NCBI RefSeq assembly: GCF_000150275.1 | Contig: NW_002060965.1 | Span: 825,834 to 889,833 of the forward strand | From: Trichoplax adhaerens | Lineage: Eukaryota; Animalia; Placozoa | DNA: 64,000 bases | Reading direction: 5' to 3' | Shown here: positions 13,012-27,109 of the stretch, in pieces | Layout of the letters: each line of letters begins with the position of its first letter | Numbering within the stretch: the first letter of the stretch is position 1 | The notes under the pieces: model-generated | Told to the model about the DNA's origin: nothing | The model's database searches: none | The model's input: the letters and a program-made list of their open reading frames with translations, nothing else | Position numbers and translations under genes: made by a program

Positions 13012-16000
13012 ATGGCTTCTAGCATGGTACGTCTAATTGATGACTATTTTATTAGGCTACTTTCATTTTTTCTCACTAATCATGCAAGTTGACGCATTTT
13101 AAGCCTTCCTTTTCTTTCCTACTTGCCAAGATTACTCCAACTGATGCAAGCACTGCACCGATCAACACCGAGCAAAGTCTATCCAATTCCACAGATTTGA
13201 ATGGCAAGCACATGTCGAAACGATCAAGAAAATTGGACAAGTTAGGTATGATAATCAAGTTAATAGAAGATGGCAAATAATACTGTTCTAGTTTGATAGA
13301 TTAGTTCACTTTTCCATCTTGAATTTGTAATGGTAACTTGGATGGAAAGAAATCATTAGTGACGGAAATTGGTCGAAATTCCATTACAATGTGATTTAGT
13401 GAACACTGGGTGTCGTGTCGATCATTTGGACGCTTACTATTTCAAAAAGTTTGATAGGCCAGTAGATACTGTACAGTACACACTACAGTAGTCAGTGTCT
13501 ACAGACAGTACTGTACAGTCGAGGATGGGACAATGCGTTTTTACTTACATGGTACAGTAGACAGTGCTACTATGCCAAAATGCATTCAGCCCAGTGATTG
13601 TAGACGATAGTGGGATAGTCCACTCAATGGGCCACATGTTATGATAGTCCGTTTTGGCCTCCTCATTTTAACCTTAATAATGCTAACTCAGAACTTTAGT
13701 GCTGATGCCATTCAACGACCGATTGAAAATTATTTTGCTATACAATAACTACAAATCGACAACATACTCTCCAATTAAATAGTAATCACTATGGCAGACT
13801 AAAATGCACCGCGCCCATAGTAGTACCTTGTGATCATCGCCATCATAGCCCATGCCAGTGGAGTCGTTTTATTGCCGTCATCCATCGTAGTGAAGTGTGT
13901 GTGTGTGTCACACAGCAGTCGGTTGACGCTACTCCTAAACTGAACTGCATCACCTAGAGTGCTATGCAAATCTACTGTAGCTTAGCCTGGTAGAAACTGA
14001 TGGCAAGCACGGAACATGGGCTGCAATTCCACAGTACTGTAACTGGATGCAACGTCGGTCGATCTCACCTTGCAAAACATCTTCAGCTCTGCGGTGGCCT
14101 ACCGTACAGATATTCAGTTCATTCAGTCCAATAGCGAGCTAGCATACAGCACCAGTTTGAACAAAATTGTAGAATATCATCCCGCTAGCTGTACCTAGCT
14201 GATGCATGTCTTGGATCGGAAGTTGTCATTGGTGTACATTGCATCTGCAGATGCAATGTACACTTGGAGTCAATCTGTGCTGTAGTAAGATACAGGACTA
14301 CAGTTCTAAATTCCGTCATGATGGGTGAAAGAGCGTTGGAATCATTTTTGCACTGATTAATAAAGTAAACTTGTAGTTTTACTAGGTCAAGAAACATTGC
14401 CGTCCCAATCTAAATTTCAGTATTTGCCCTACTGTGATATAATAAAATAAATAAATAAACAAAAATGCTCTTGAAAAATGGATCGATACTGAATATCCAG
14501 CAGTACTGTACAATACTATGATACTGCAACATAAGGAAGTGTGATAGCAATGACTCTTTGGAGGGGTTCAATCTGTTGATTTTCATACTTGTACATACCG
14601 TGGCATATGAATAAGGTATTGATAAATACGATTACTTGCTGTACAGCACAATCTACAGGTCGTATAATTAATCAATTAATCTCCTTAATACACCTATTGT
14701 CATGCAACGCCACTGGATCACAACGTCGTTAAAAGGAAGACTGTCCTTGGTGAATCAGGATCAGACTAAACAAGTCTTGCCCTTCCCAAATACATATCAT
14801 CATAATCTATTTACGGTTCTATTTGTTTACATTGTGTACTTTAACTGAACGATCATATGTAGCCTTGATCCAGTGCCTCAAAGACACGCTTTTTACGCAT
14901 ATGTCACTACGTACTGTGCTGCATTAAATTACAATCAAATATTGATGATGTTTAGCTATAACACCTAAAATGATGATTGCCAATTTAAATTCTCTACTAA
15001 CATTCAAGAGAAATTAATTTCGTCTATAGATATGATCCTTATACTACTGCGCAAGTACACATATTCAAATTTCCACTGATTGGGCAACAGTCAGCCTAAA
15101 TTATACTGTACAGTACAGTACTATGATTGCAGATAAAATGAATCTACTATTATTTATAATATGTATATAGAATTGCAAGTTGTGACAAGTCATGTGATAT
15201 CAATTTATTTAGCGTTTGCATCATTCCATATAGTATATATAGCACACTACTCAATTATTCAATATTTATTCAAAGACACGTCTACGTACATAGACACTGA
15301 CAAGCGCTTAAGTCTAGGATATATAGAATAATGCTTATTATATAGATTAAGTTAATGTAAAATGTTCACAATCATTGTCATATTCGTAGCGATGGTTTTA
15401 AATAGTGGATAACAACTAAGGCACCATGTAGTTACTCATATTAACCAACAATTTTACCTTCTCCAATATGCAGCACCATACTTATTTGGCATGGATATTG
15501 GAGGATCTCTCGCTAAGGTTGTATTTTTTGAACCAAATAGTAAAGCGGACGGTGCGGAGAAAAAAAAGAGGATAGTAACCAAGCACGACTTAACCAGGAA
15601 TCTCAGCAGCGATTCCGATAACAGTGATGCTGACGATAACTTCGAAATGCTTGCAAACTACGTTTTATCCAATCATTACCTAGGTGACAATGGGATTCGT
15701 GACCAACGATTAGAAATGCACGATCAGCAATTCCACGGCCAATCTGGAACACTCCATTTTATTCACTTTCTCACTAGTAGAATGGACGAATGCTTCGAAT
15801 TTGCCAAAACTTTTCGACTTCCAGATCTATCAGACGTTGTTTGTGCTACTGGAGGTGGTGCATACAAATACGAAGGCAACTGTAAAGAGGTATTGGAATT
15901 GGATGAAATGAATTGTATTTTAGTTCTTTGTGAATAGTTGACCGCTATGCATTAAAAATCTCTTAATTCTTGATGGTTGTTATTCATTGGTGTATGTAAA

Positions 16001-17117
16001 AATCTCTTTTACTATTAGATACTTGGAATGAAGTTGCGAAAGTATGATGAACTTGAATGCCTAATTAAAGGAATTCATTACATTTATGCGCATAATCCAT
16101 TATCAGAATGCTACTTCTGGGAAGGAGTAACGTCAGATGGAAGTAGTCCCAATGCACGTAAAGTACCGTACGATTTTGGCGATCCTTATCCATACATTGT
16201 TGTCAATTTCGGCTCGGGTGTTAGCATATTGGCAGTTCAATCTCCTGATGAATACTATAGAGTTACTGGTTCAAGGTAACTTTATAACTTTCTTAATTTT
16301 AAGATGCATTACTATTTCGTGATTAACCTATATTCCAATTTACTAAAGTATCGGAGGAGGAACCTTCTTGGGTTTGTGTTGTTTACTTACTGGTTGTGAA
16401 ACTTTCGAAGAGGCACTACGAATGGCCGAAAATGGTGATAGCACGAAAGTAGATAAACTAGTTCGCGATATCTATGGCGGTAGCTATGACAAATTTAACT
16501 TGCCAGGAAGTACCGTTGCTGCTAGGTAAACAAACAAGCTGTTTAATACTGCAGTAATGTTAAAGAATACCATTTACAGTATCATGTTACTTTAGTGACA
16601 CTAAAATTTTGCTATATCAGTTTCGGCCATATGATGCATGAAAATAAACGAAAGCAAATGTCTAAGAGCGACTTAGCTCGAGCAGCCTTAGTCACAATCA
16701 CAAACAACATTGGCTCAATTGCTATGATGACAGCACATGCCCAGGTTAATCTCACCTTAATAGCTTTATTTAAAATAATCTTTTAACTCTTTATCCCCAT
16801 AATCGCTTTTACACTTACCATCCAATTTCTCTTATTACTTTTACAGAAAATTCAAAGAATCGTATTTGTAGGCAATTTCTTGCGTACAAATGATATAGCC
16901 ATGAAAATGTTGGCCCATGCTCTAAATTATTGGTCACAAGGAACGATGAAAGCTCTATTCTTGGAACATGAGGTAAAAAAACTTTACAATGTTATTTTGC
17001 TATTCATGAAAGAATGTTATAATTACGTTTTTCTTAAAGGGTTACTTTGGAGCTGTTGGTGCTTTGCTAAAACTAAGTGATCAAGTCAATACGGAAAAAA
17101 ATAATAATAAACAGTAG
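13012..17117 (+). CDS. PANK: Type II (eukaryotic) pantothenate kinase, 8 exons
   Basis: Exons 13012-13026, 13131-13245, 15474-15889, 16019-16275, 16349-16525, 16621-16744, 16847-16972, 17040-17117 join in frame. Motifs: [109 protein letters not shown]. The first two small exons are less certain than the core. Confidence 0.95.
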
Positions 17118-19366
17118 AAAAATCATCTTGTACTGTAACGATTAATTATCAATTGCTACTCATTTTATTGCATTGTCAGTATATCAATTCGCGTTTAAAC
17201 TTCCGATTGACTCGTTAAGTAATGATATGAATACTGACTGAAAATAGCCTAATTTAGGTGAATTGTCTACTTCGTTCTATTACAACGTTGTGACTGTTGT
17301 AATTTATTCTGGTGTTACAATATACGACTTACTATTTGTAGTACTCTAGTACTGTTCAAGTAACACCTTTTATACTTGTTAGTGAAAATACATAAAACCA
17401 ACTATATCGCTTATTAATTAATTCATTAAAGAGTGTAATGCTTATTTTACAACAAACCATTTTAAATTTCACGATAAGTACAGATTAATATAGTACTTAA
17501 TCATCAGTGCTTCGATTAATTAATTATTTAATTATAATCGTCAATAGTGCGGATTGGCGTTTTTGTATGGTGTTACGCTATAAAAGTTTTGATTCACATT
17601 TTTGCCCATGAGATGTAATACCCATGAGTTAATTACAACAAGCGAAAAAAATTTTACAAATCCAAACTGAATTTTAAAGCGACCACTTGTGAACATTGCG
17701 CTGCAGAGCGATATCCAACAAATGTTCCACATTACCTTAGCCTACATGATTTAATTTTTGGATGCTTATAGATATTGAAATATATGAAATATTCAACTGT
17801 AAAGCGAATTTAGCTCTTATTCTTCATTGATTTTATGTAAGTGGTATGGTGAATTATTTTAAATGTGTACGTATGTATACTACAATAATCTACATGTCAA
17901 AGTTTTTGATTGTCTGTACAATAAAACATTTCTTGTTGAATATTGTGTCTTTTTATCATGATATCTGATCCGAAATAGTTACATCTACTTTCATTCATCG
18001 TTTTGATAACAAAATTAACATTATCATTTCTATAACATCATGAAAGCACGACTGTAAACAGTTCTTTCAATTTTAGACATTATTGGAACGGACTTATCTA
18101 CTTTAATTTTGATATCACCTGTTAGATGTAAAAATTGATATGGTAGACTGCTTTCATGATTGATGTATGTTGTGCTACTCTTACTCTTAACTAATGCTAA
18201 CTAATTTAATTCCTTGTGTAACTATGCATAGGTATAATACCGAAACTACTTTATACGTATGTGTATTTCACTTGTATGTACACATTACTTTTCCTTGTTG
18301 CAAATACTAATACGTGGCTATTGAGGGCTTACATACTGTACTATGCAATTTCCCTTACTAAATAAATAAAATAATTTTGCTCGTGTATGTGCGTAAATAT
18401 GTGTTAATGGTTTTATATCTGCTCTATTAATCTCTCTCTATGCGTATATTTTTGAATTTTGCAATATATCTTGTACCTTTAATGACACTATGGCACGTAA
18501 TTAAATAAACGTGAGATAGGTAGTATATATATTCATATTATTTAATCAATGTGTGTTGGAATATTTAAGGCTAGTCTCGTAAAGTCTGCAACTGCGTGTC
18601 TGCAGTACGATTTTACTAAATTGTATCGTCTCTCTAGTGATCAAACAGAGTGATATTTTATCAGTGAATAGTCAAGAATTATTTATAAGATGCATGCAAT
18701 AAATTTACTAAACTTAACGCACATTTGTGCCTAAGAAAGTCAATAAATTGAATATATCGTCTGATTAAAATTCGAACCATAAATAACTTATCACATCGCA
18801 ACATAAATCATTATTTGTTTTTTAATAAGACAGTCCTCTGAAGAATCCATAAGATACGTCTGCATATAGTTAATTCTATACTATAGTTTTAGTTTACATA
18901 CGTTACTCAGACATTCGAATACATAGTTCTCAATCTGTATCTCTATAGAAAGTAAAAAACGTGAAAAGAATGATAAAACTCTTTTATATATTCATAGAAA
19001 GATTGTACTGATTAAAATTCATAAGACAGTTGTGAGTTTTATCTAGAATTTGCTGAATCGATTGACCGATATTACGAATACACCTGTAGAACAGAGGTAA
19101 CTAATTCTACTGCATATATAATTATAATATAATAATCACTGTCCATTGCGGTGGAAATTTATACACTCCGAAATAGATAATCTGATCATTAAATTCATCG
19201 AAGCAAATATATAACAGAAATATCACAAATCTATAGGTGATGTCGAGAGATTGCAATAAAATTCGGGGATATGAAAATTGGTAATAAGGTCTAATGGATC
19301 ATTAGGTATCCCTATTATTAATTATCAATAGAAAATATACAAAGGAAAATATTTAAAAATACTACA

Positions 19367-21244
19367 TCAGAATAATAATTGCTTTTTCAACAACGTTATT
19401 TGCTGATCATTAAATTGATATAAACCAGGATAATGTAATCGTTCAATTTCTAATTGTTTCATTAATAATTTTATGGCCAATTGGGCGTCTTCTCCTTGCA
19501 AATGGAATCGATCAGCTTTTTCACTTTGGTTTAATTTCTTATAATCGGATAAGTAATATGCAGCTAAATTGAAATGATGGCCTTGCCAGTAACCACTTAA
19601 ATTTTGATCCTTAGCGCCACATTGAAATCGAAATGAAATTGGCATATAAGCCATCTTACCAGGGAAACATCTCTTTCTAACATTTTCCATTAAATCCAAG
19701 GGGAAATTTAAATGTAAGTTATCATATTGCAGTATAATTGAGTTGCCATTACGAATGGATGATAGTACAGTATTGAAAGCAGATCTCCTAGCATACAATA
19801 ATCTTTCAAGGCTTATTTCCACAAATTGATACCTTTTAAGACTGCTATCGTATAACTGAGTTTGTAATTGTACACTAGCTTTCGATGAACCAACAACCAT
19901 TAATGTAAATTGGTCGTCATGAGTATGGTTATAATAACGTTCAAGTTGCCTTAAAAAAAATCGAAATGCATTAATATTTTCATTGGCAATCATAATAACA
20001 ATATAAACGTGAACTTTGTTATTCCACTGTAAATCGACAAGATTACATATTTTATCTGTACTACGATATTTATATAAATATTCCGAGATGCGATAGAGCG
20101 GCTTTCTAAATTTTTCTTTAATGATAATATCGACTAGATAACGACTTCCACGCGCACGATCTGATTTCTGTTCAACACCATGGACATGAACTAATTCAAA
20201 TTTCCCTTTATTTTTTTTATTAATATGATATAGAAGTGATTCAACTATGCGGTAAGCTTCTTCTTTCTCGAATTCATGAATGGAATTGCTGACATCATTT
20301 CTACTGGCGACAGGATTAAATCTTCCATAGATCTGATGCTGAATAGTGGATAAATAATACATAATGTTCACTACGTTAACACTCCGTTCAGGTGGTACTA
20401 CATAGCTTGGACGACCATAAGAGCAGAATTTTAATGCTTCATCCAGATAACGTCGATTTAATCGTGGTAATAAATGGAAACTTTGATTGAATTTAGCAAG
20501 TTGTTCTAGCGACTTAATTGCAATCGTTGGTGTTCGAGGAGAAGTTGAATTGACTGTTGGACTATGATGGCGTGAAATTTTGATATAATTGGAAGGTAAT
20601 GAGATAGATCGTCGCGATATAGTATGATATGTATTGGATGGATCAGTTCGAGACATTTTCCAACCGACCTTGATAAATCCTCGACCAGTGGCACGTGTAT
20701 GTATAGCTTCGATCCAATATTTTCTTCTACTATCTAAACGGATAAAATTGGAAATTTGTTGATGTTGTTGCTTATTTTGCTTAGATTGGAATAATCGATA
20801 GTCGACTTGAGCAATTTTTTTAGCATTATCAGGATTAGTATCGTGACTAAGCCATAGCTCAGCACCATCATCAGCAACGATAGCAAATTGATAATAGGAT
20901 GTCACTTCAGGATGGATATAGCCGAAAATTCTTTGGCCATGACTACCGCCATCAAATTGCGATTGGAATTGATCAATGGCTTGACAAACGGTTGGATTAT
21001 GAGGGAAAGTCGATAGTTTTCTTAAATCGCCTATATGATTAAGACAGTTATCGCTACTTTCCCAACGATACAAGCATAAATTGCCTCTTGTATTAACTTC
21101 TTGAACGTTTCCTTCATGGCATTGACAATAAGGCATTGAAATTAGATCTTGAGCTCGATTAAATTCTCGCGTGTAGAGTACTATTAAATATAAAATGCCA
21201 ATCGATAATAGGATAACCAATTTACTCTTACTAATCTTGGTCAT
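19367..21244 (-). CDS. B4GALNT3/4-like PA14 + GT7/CHGN glycosyltransferase paralog 1; catalytic motifs degenerate, PA14 DD intact
   Basis: 625-aa single-exon ORF with an N-terminal TM. PA14 region reads 'GQRIFGYIHP..YQFAIVADDGAELWLS'. It has 'VEQKSDRARGSRYLVD'. Catalytic positions are altered: YDNLHLNFP (vs DLH), HLQGED (vs WGGED), and no terminal His cluster. Confidence 0.88.
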   Translation of the reverse strand: MTKISKSKLVILLSIGILYLIVLYTREFNRAQDLISMPYCQCHEGNVQEVNTRGNLCLYRWESSDNCLNHIGDLRKLSTFPHNPTVCQAIDQFQSQFDGGSHGQRIFGYIHPEVTSYYQFAIVADDGAELWLSHDTNPDNAKKIAQVDYRLFQSKQNKQQHQQISNFIRLDSRRKYWIEAIHTRATGRGFIKVGWKMSRTDPSNTYHTISRRSISLPSNYIKISRHHSPTVNSTSPRTPTIAIKSLEQLAKFNQSFHLLPRLNRRYLDEALKFCSYGRPSYVVPPERSVNVVNIMYYLSTIQHQIYGRFNPVASRNDVSNSIHEFEKEEAYRIVESLLYHINKKNKGKFELVHVHGVEQKSDRARGSRYLVDIIIKEKFRKPLYRISEYLYKYRSTDKICNLVDLQWNNKVHVYIVIMIANENINAFRFFLRQLERYYNHTHDDQFTLMVVGSSKASVQLQTQLYDSSLKRYQFVEISLERLLYARRSAFNTVLSSIRNGNSIILQYDNLHLNFPLDLMENVRKRCFPGKMAYMPISFRFQCGAKDQNLSGYWQGHHFNLAAYYLSDYKKLNQSEKADRFHLQGEDAQLAIKLLMKQLEIERLHYPGLYQFNDQQITLLKKQLLF

Positions 21245-24200
21245 GACGACTGTTTGGCTTGATGCTTTGATGATCTCGGTAAGAATAAGTTTAAAATTGA
21301 ATAATTATCCTTTCACATACGTCGTTTATGAAATGGACAAGCTGAAGGATTCAATTTAATTCATGGTTACTACCACTTTGTCATTCTTGCTAAATCCAAG
21401 CGATCATAACGTAAGATCTACTGCAATCTACTCAAAAATTGAAGAAATAAAAAATAGAGCCAATCAGTCACAGTTATACTGTTGTAATGTAACTTAGTAT
21501 TGTGATTGTAGACTGTTAGCCATGTTTAGTATAATATACGGTAGATATTTATCCTAAGAGATATTTGGTAGCCATAACTATAGACTGTAGTAGTATAAAC
21601 TCTATGCTAGAGTACAAATGACTATATACAGTAAGGTGTTGAGTTATTAATAAGGTTCTAGGTAAAAATAGAATCGTAAATCATATATTAGGATATGGTT
21701 AATTTATTATACTTTGGTCGGTGTGAATAATGTCTACATAAATACTGTATTCGTATCCATATCAAATTAATGATAGTCCGCAGTAGAATAGTGTTACTAA
21801 GAATAATTTAACCATGTGTAAAATAAGGTAAAAGGTTGCCATACGGATTGTAGCTGCCAATGTTACGAAAAGTATAAAAGCATGCAACTTTCGATTATTC
21901 TATTCGTTCGTTGTAGAAGTCTTTAGTAGTAGTATTCGGCTAGAGTAGAGCTGTGTGTAGTTAATCTTTGTATACGATTCAATAAAGCCCTAATTTTTCT
22001 AAAATTGGGAATTTCGTGATCGGTATATATCACAACTGTACTAGTATGTACACAGAGAAATAATAGCAGCAATTCTACAGATATTTTTTAACTACATTAT
22101 TGAAGTCATGTATAGAATAGAAAAGGGAAGAAAAATGCTATAGTTAGAGTAGGATAATTCATTGGAAAAAGAACAAGGTCATTAATGTTTGATCTGGTTG
22201 AACAATAAAAATCAAAACAAAAACTAGTAATTCTGCTGATTCTCTAATACAAGAAATGAAAGAAAGGAAATAAAAAGAATAAATATCTTTAATTCTACTG
22301 AACTTTACCTACAATTACGACATAACATGGCCTAAATCGAGTTGTTCTATTCAATTTTGTATGACTGAATAATGATTATCTGACTTGAATAGATTTAGCT
22401 ATCCAAAACAAATTGAATTATCAAGGGTATTTTTCCATATAAAGTTTTCAATGTCTTTTGCTTTTCTTCCCTACTATTTTAACGTAAATCAGGATAAATT
22501 AATCATCAACGGCGTTTACTGTATTTGACATTCGACCCAACTATCACAAGACTACAAGAAGCATTTCAAATAGGATTAATTGTAGCTTATTTCCTCTTCA
22601 TCAGATAGCAATCGGGTAAGAGAAACGGACAAGAATCATTGTTGAACAGAGAGTACAGTAGTAGTCAATTTTTCTTTCATTCGCTTTCTCTCTCTCTCGT
22701 GGTAAAAGGTTTTTAAACGCTATAACATTGAAACAGGGTGTAACTTATACTTTATTTAGTCGATCCATTAGGCATGAAATAATGCTAACCGATTGATTGG
22801 CTGTGCATAAGATGTCATTGAAATTCTTGGAATTTTACGAGAACAATTTTGTAATTCAATTAGTGAATAACATTTAGCAATACGAAAGAGATGGCTGTAG
22901 TTTAGCGTTGGTCTTCGCCAATAACCAGATTGATACTGTAACGAATTTGATGATAGTTTTATCATTTTGATACTATCCTAATGTAGATTAAATAACAGCA
23001 AAGGTTATTTTCATTGATCTATCTACTAAAATTTTCGGTTAGTCTAAAATGTATCGATGTTAACCTATACCCAAAGAATGACATTTGGCAATAGATTTAA
23101 ATATTTTTTTCAATGAAAATAAATTACTTTAGATGGACAACAACTTTTGCTAACGATACTTTATGTTGACGATATTGGGTGTTAATTTAGTTGGGGGTGA
23201 TTCAATTGGGAAAGGTATGATGATCGATACCATAAAATACAAAAAAAGAAAGATGCCCTGTCGGTCGATTAGCATTGATATAAGGCCTATCGTATTTGCC
23301 AACATGGTTAGAACTCCAAACAAAATTACATCAAAACGGCCAACATCAAAGAAAAAGTGCTGAGCCTTTAACAACTACCGATTGTTCATGGCCACTTCGT
23401 CACGTAGACTGATAGTATAGCGGTTTTCAAGTTCTTTATGGGATTTTAATGACTGTTGAAGCTATCGATTTCCACGATGAAAATCACAATTAGAATGTTT
23501 CAAAATAGAAACGGGAGACATTTATCGAGCGAAAAATTCAATGATAAATGATGGTGATAAAGTCGATAATAATAAAGTTATAAAATGACTACCGTTATTC
23601 TAGCAAGATTTTTTTAGGTAGACAATATGACTAGTTTTGCTGACTGAGATTGTTGCAGTCTTTAAAGTAAAATAATTCTATATCGCTATCCCATTAAGGC
23701 TATGGTAGCGGAAACGGGATAGGCTATAAGTGTGACATCGATTAATGTATATCAGGGATAGCGTAGGATAATTGACTGCCTATCGATGTTGTCAAGTGAA
23801 TAAGAACTCATTTTATCGTTAGGAAAACTTTGGCCAGAGACTTTAAGAGAAAAGGTTATTTAACGGTTATCTATCGCTATGATAGAACGCAAAAGGATAG
23901 TACTTAAAGTATTTTTCTTACTTACATGTAATATTGAATATTGTATAAAATGTTCAAGCAGAAAAATTGAAGAATTCAAGACAAGCGAGATGGGGCAAAA
24001 CGGACGACCGGTAAACCCTTGGCGTACGACTATCTTTTCCACTGTTAATTTTTCTTTGAAGTCTTTTTTTCTCCTTTTCTTCCTTTCTTTAATACGCTAG
24101 AGTAGCCTAACGCAAGTGATTGAAAAGTATTTAGTCGTTATACTACCATTAATTATATATTAGTGTTGGCTAACAGTAGGTGAAGAAGACAATCAAAGTT

Positions 24201-24779
24201 ATTACGATAACAAGGGCGTTCAGATTAAAAGAAAAGAATACAGTTATTTTTTTCCTGCTCTTTTTTAACTCAGTAAAATAACATTAGGGTAATATCCTTA
24301 TTATAATGTTAATGCATAAAACTAACAAAGGTATTATCCATTTTTCTACTCTTCTAATTGTATTGTTGTATCCAATTTTATTTGCATAAATAATGCCAAG
24401 CAAAACGATCCAAATGAATAGATGATTATTGACAACTTTTTTACTAGCACAGTGGACAGATGACTCACAACTTGGTCAATAAACTGCAGTTGTTCTTATT
24501 AATATCAATTGCTGGCATTAAAGCCTATCAAGGTATAATTCATCGCTAACGTCAATAAAAACCATATGCCACTGACAATGATGTTCTAGCAGTAATTTAT
24601 ACCACTACAAGTCCATCATGATCTCAGCGTGCCTTCTTGGAGCTCTTTGATGATATCAAGAATATTTTCTCACCCCATCGACGAAAATAATATTCAAAAT
24701 GGTTGATTGCTACTGTTAACCCATTTCATCCCAGATGATAGAACCCATTCTACATCTTGGCCTCGCTAAACTACCTTAC

Positions 24780-26990
24780 GAAATAATGAGTATATTCTTT
24801 CTTCAATCACTTCCTTACCAATCCATGATCCATAAACCGTTATCGAGTTCATTTACGGAAATGAAATTGCGCTTTCCCTACATTGGAATTTACACGTAGA
24901 ACTATCAATTCCGTCATTAGACGTGTACGGAAATGATCACTATACAGTATAATTAATGCTTCTTTATCGACCATGTCCTTGTCAATCTAGGATCATCATA
25001 CTAGATCACTAATGCTTCTTTTAATAATTCATTAGACTGTTGGCGAGTTTATTTACAGAAATGAAATTACTTCCTTCCTACGTTGTATTTTATGCGTATG
25101 TAGAACTGTAAATTTCATCTCTGAATGTGTCAGAAAATCCTACTGTATCATTTATGCTCCTTGTTCATCCCCTGTCTTACCAATAAATAATCCAAAAGTA
25201 GTTATCGAGTCTATTTACGGAAAGAGAATTTCTTTCTTACTACACATTAGAACGATAACTTATACTACTAGATGTGTATAGAAATAGTCATGATAGAATC
25301 CACCATACTCCTTCATCCATCTCTTCTTTGCCAGTAAACAATCCATAAGACTGTTATGAAATTGACTTCTTCCTCTATTACAAGGCGTCATACTTCAGTT
25401 TATGATTATAAATTCTATCCGTATATGTATAATTTATATGCCCCTTCTTCAATCGCTTATTAGCCAATACATAATATAGAAGACCGTTATCAAGTATGGA
25501 AATGAAATTGGTTTCCTGCCATGTTGTAGTTTATGTAGATTATAGCGTATGGATAGAAATGGTGATCATCAAACTCACGCTCTCTTTTTAATTACATCCT
25601 TGTTAATGAGCGTATAGGATCCATAACGCTGCTATCGAGTCCATTGATGAATACGAAATGGCTTCTTTTAGAACCTAAAGCTTATTCCCACCCCGCTGAG
25701 CTAGAGGAACAGATTATATATAACAATCATTTCTATCACAATACGACATACGTATTCGCATGTCTGGAAATGATGATCATAACGCGCTGTCTTCCATAAA
25801 TTCTTTACCAATAACTAATCGATAACACTACTATAAAGTGGCTTTATGGCAATCAAGTTGCTTTCTTCTAATCCGCTAATCCAATCGATTACTTTATAAA
25901 CCACTTTACCACTTTGTGCACGTGAAAATAATAATTAACATACAACACTCTTTCTTTCAAAGCACTTTCTTGGCAATAAACTTATCAATGCTATCGAGTT
26001 TGTTTACAGCTGTGAAATTGCTTCTTTCTCTTCAATTGATCCAATGACATTGTAAGCTACTATAGCACGATACTCTTTCTTCCAAGCTACTATCCCAGCA
26101 ATAAATGACCAACGACTTGCTATCGTATTCATTCACGGCAATAAAACTGCCTCTTTCTGTCCTGTGATCCAATAGATTATAAACTATTCTACCACTTTAT
26201 GTGAATGAAAAGAATGAACAAGTAACACTTTCTTTCAAGCAACTATCCTGATAAAAAAAGTTACCAGCAACATTGCTATCGAGTTCATTGACGACAGTGA
26301 AATTGCTTCTTTCTATCCTCTTGATAGATTATAAACTAATCTACCACTCTATATGCGTATGAAAAGTAAGAACAAACAAACTCTTTCTTTCAAGCTACTA
26401 TCCTGGCAATAAATTGCCAATAACCCTGCTATCTCTTAACGACATTAAAAATTGCTTCTTACTATTCTGTTGATCCGATAGGCTATAAACTACTATATCT
26501 TGAATGCCTATGAAAATAATAACCACTCTTTCTCCCAAATCACTAATCATGGCAATAAATTGTCAACAACCCTGGAATCAAGTCCGTGTACAGAATTAAA
26601 AATGGCCCACTTCATTTTCGTTGATCCAACTGACGACTCTAGATACCATCTAATGAGTGTGTAGTGTAGGCGAAGAGAAATGACAGAGGAACAGACTAAA
26701 TACCTTATTCCTTCCTCAATTGATTCAGTCTATTACCTTACAAGTAGCTACTCGCATAACATGAAAATAATCATCACTAAAAACGTATTGAACTTACAAC
26801 GTATACGGAAATTCAGCAGGCAATTGCTGTTTAATGGATCCAATGAATCCTTTCCACACAATTTTAGCTACCACACGCAATCGATCTTCGCACAATGCTT
26901 TTCTCCTAACTAAATCTTGACAATAAAATGTCAATAATACGATCATAGAGTTCATAGGCCGGAACAAAAAATTGGCCTAGGACGACGATA
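24780..26990. repeat. Degenerate tandem array A, ~13 units of ~130-200 bp
   Basis: Recurring core 'ctg(t/c)tatcgagttcatttacgg..atgaaattgcttcttt' at ~24836, 25037, 25199, 25350, 25483, 25629, 25828, 25989, 26119, 26274, 26427, 26573 and 26940. Confidence 0.8.
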
Positions 26991-27109
26991 ACTTCTGCTT
27001 TAGTTGATATAATTGAACGTACTTCTTGTTTTAACACTTAAAATTTATCCACTGTCAAGTGTAATAATAAGCTGGCCTCAATGTAAAAATATCATTGGAC
27101 AACATAATA

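Noticed and set aside
23150-23374. Hydrophobic 74-aa minus-strand ORF resembling a TM exon
   Set aside because: It has a TTG start right after a stop, no convincing acceptor, and no partner exons were found. Cannot be supported without RNA data.
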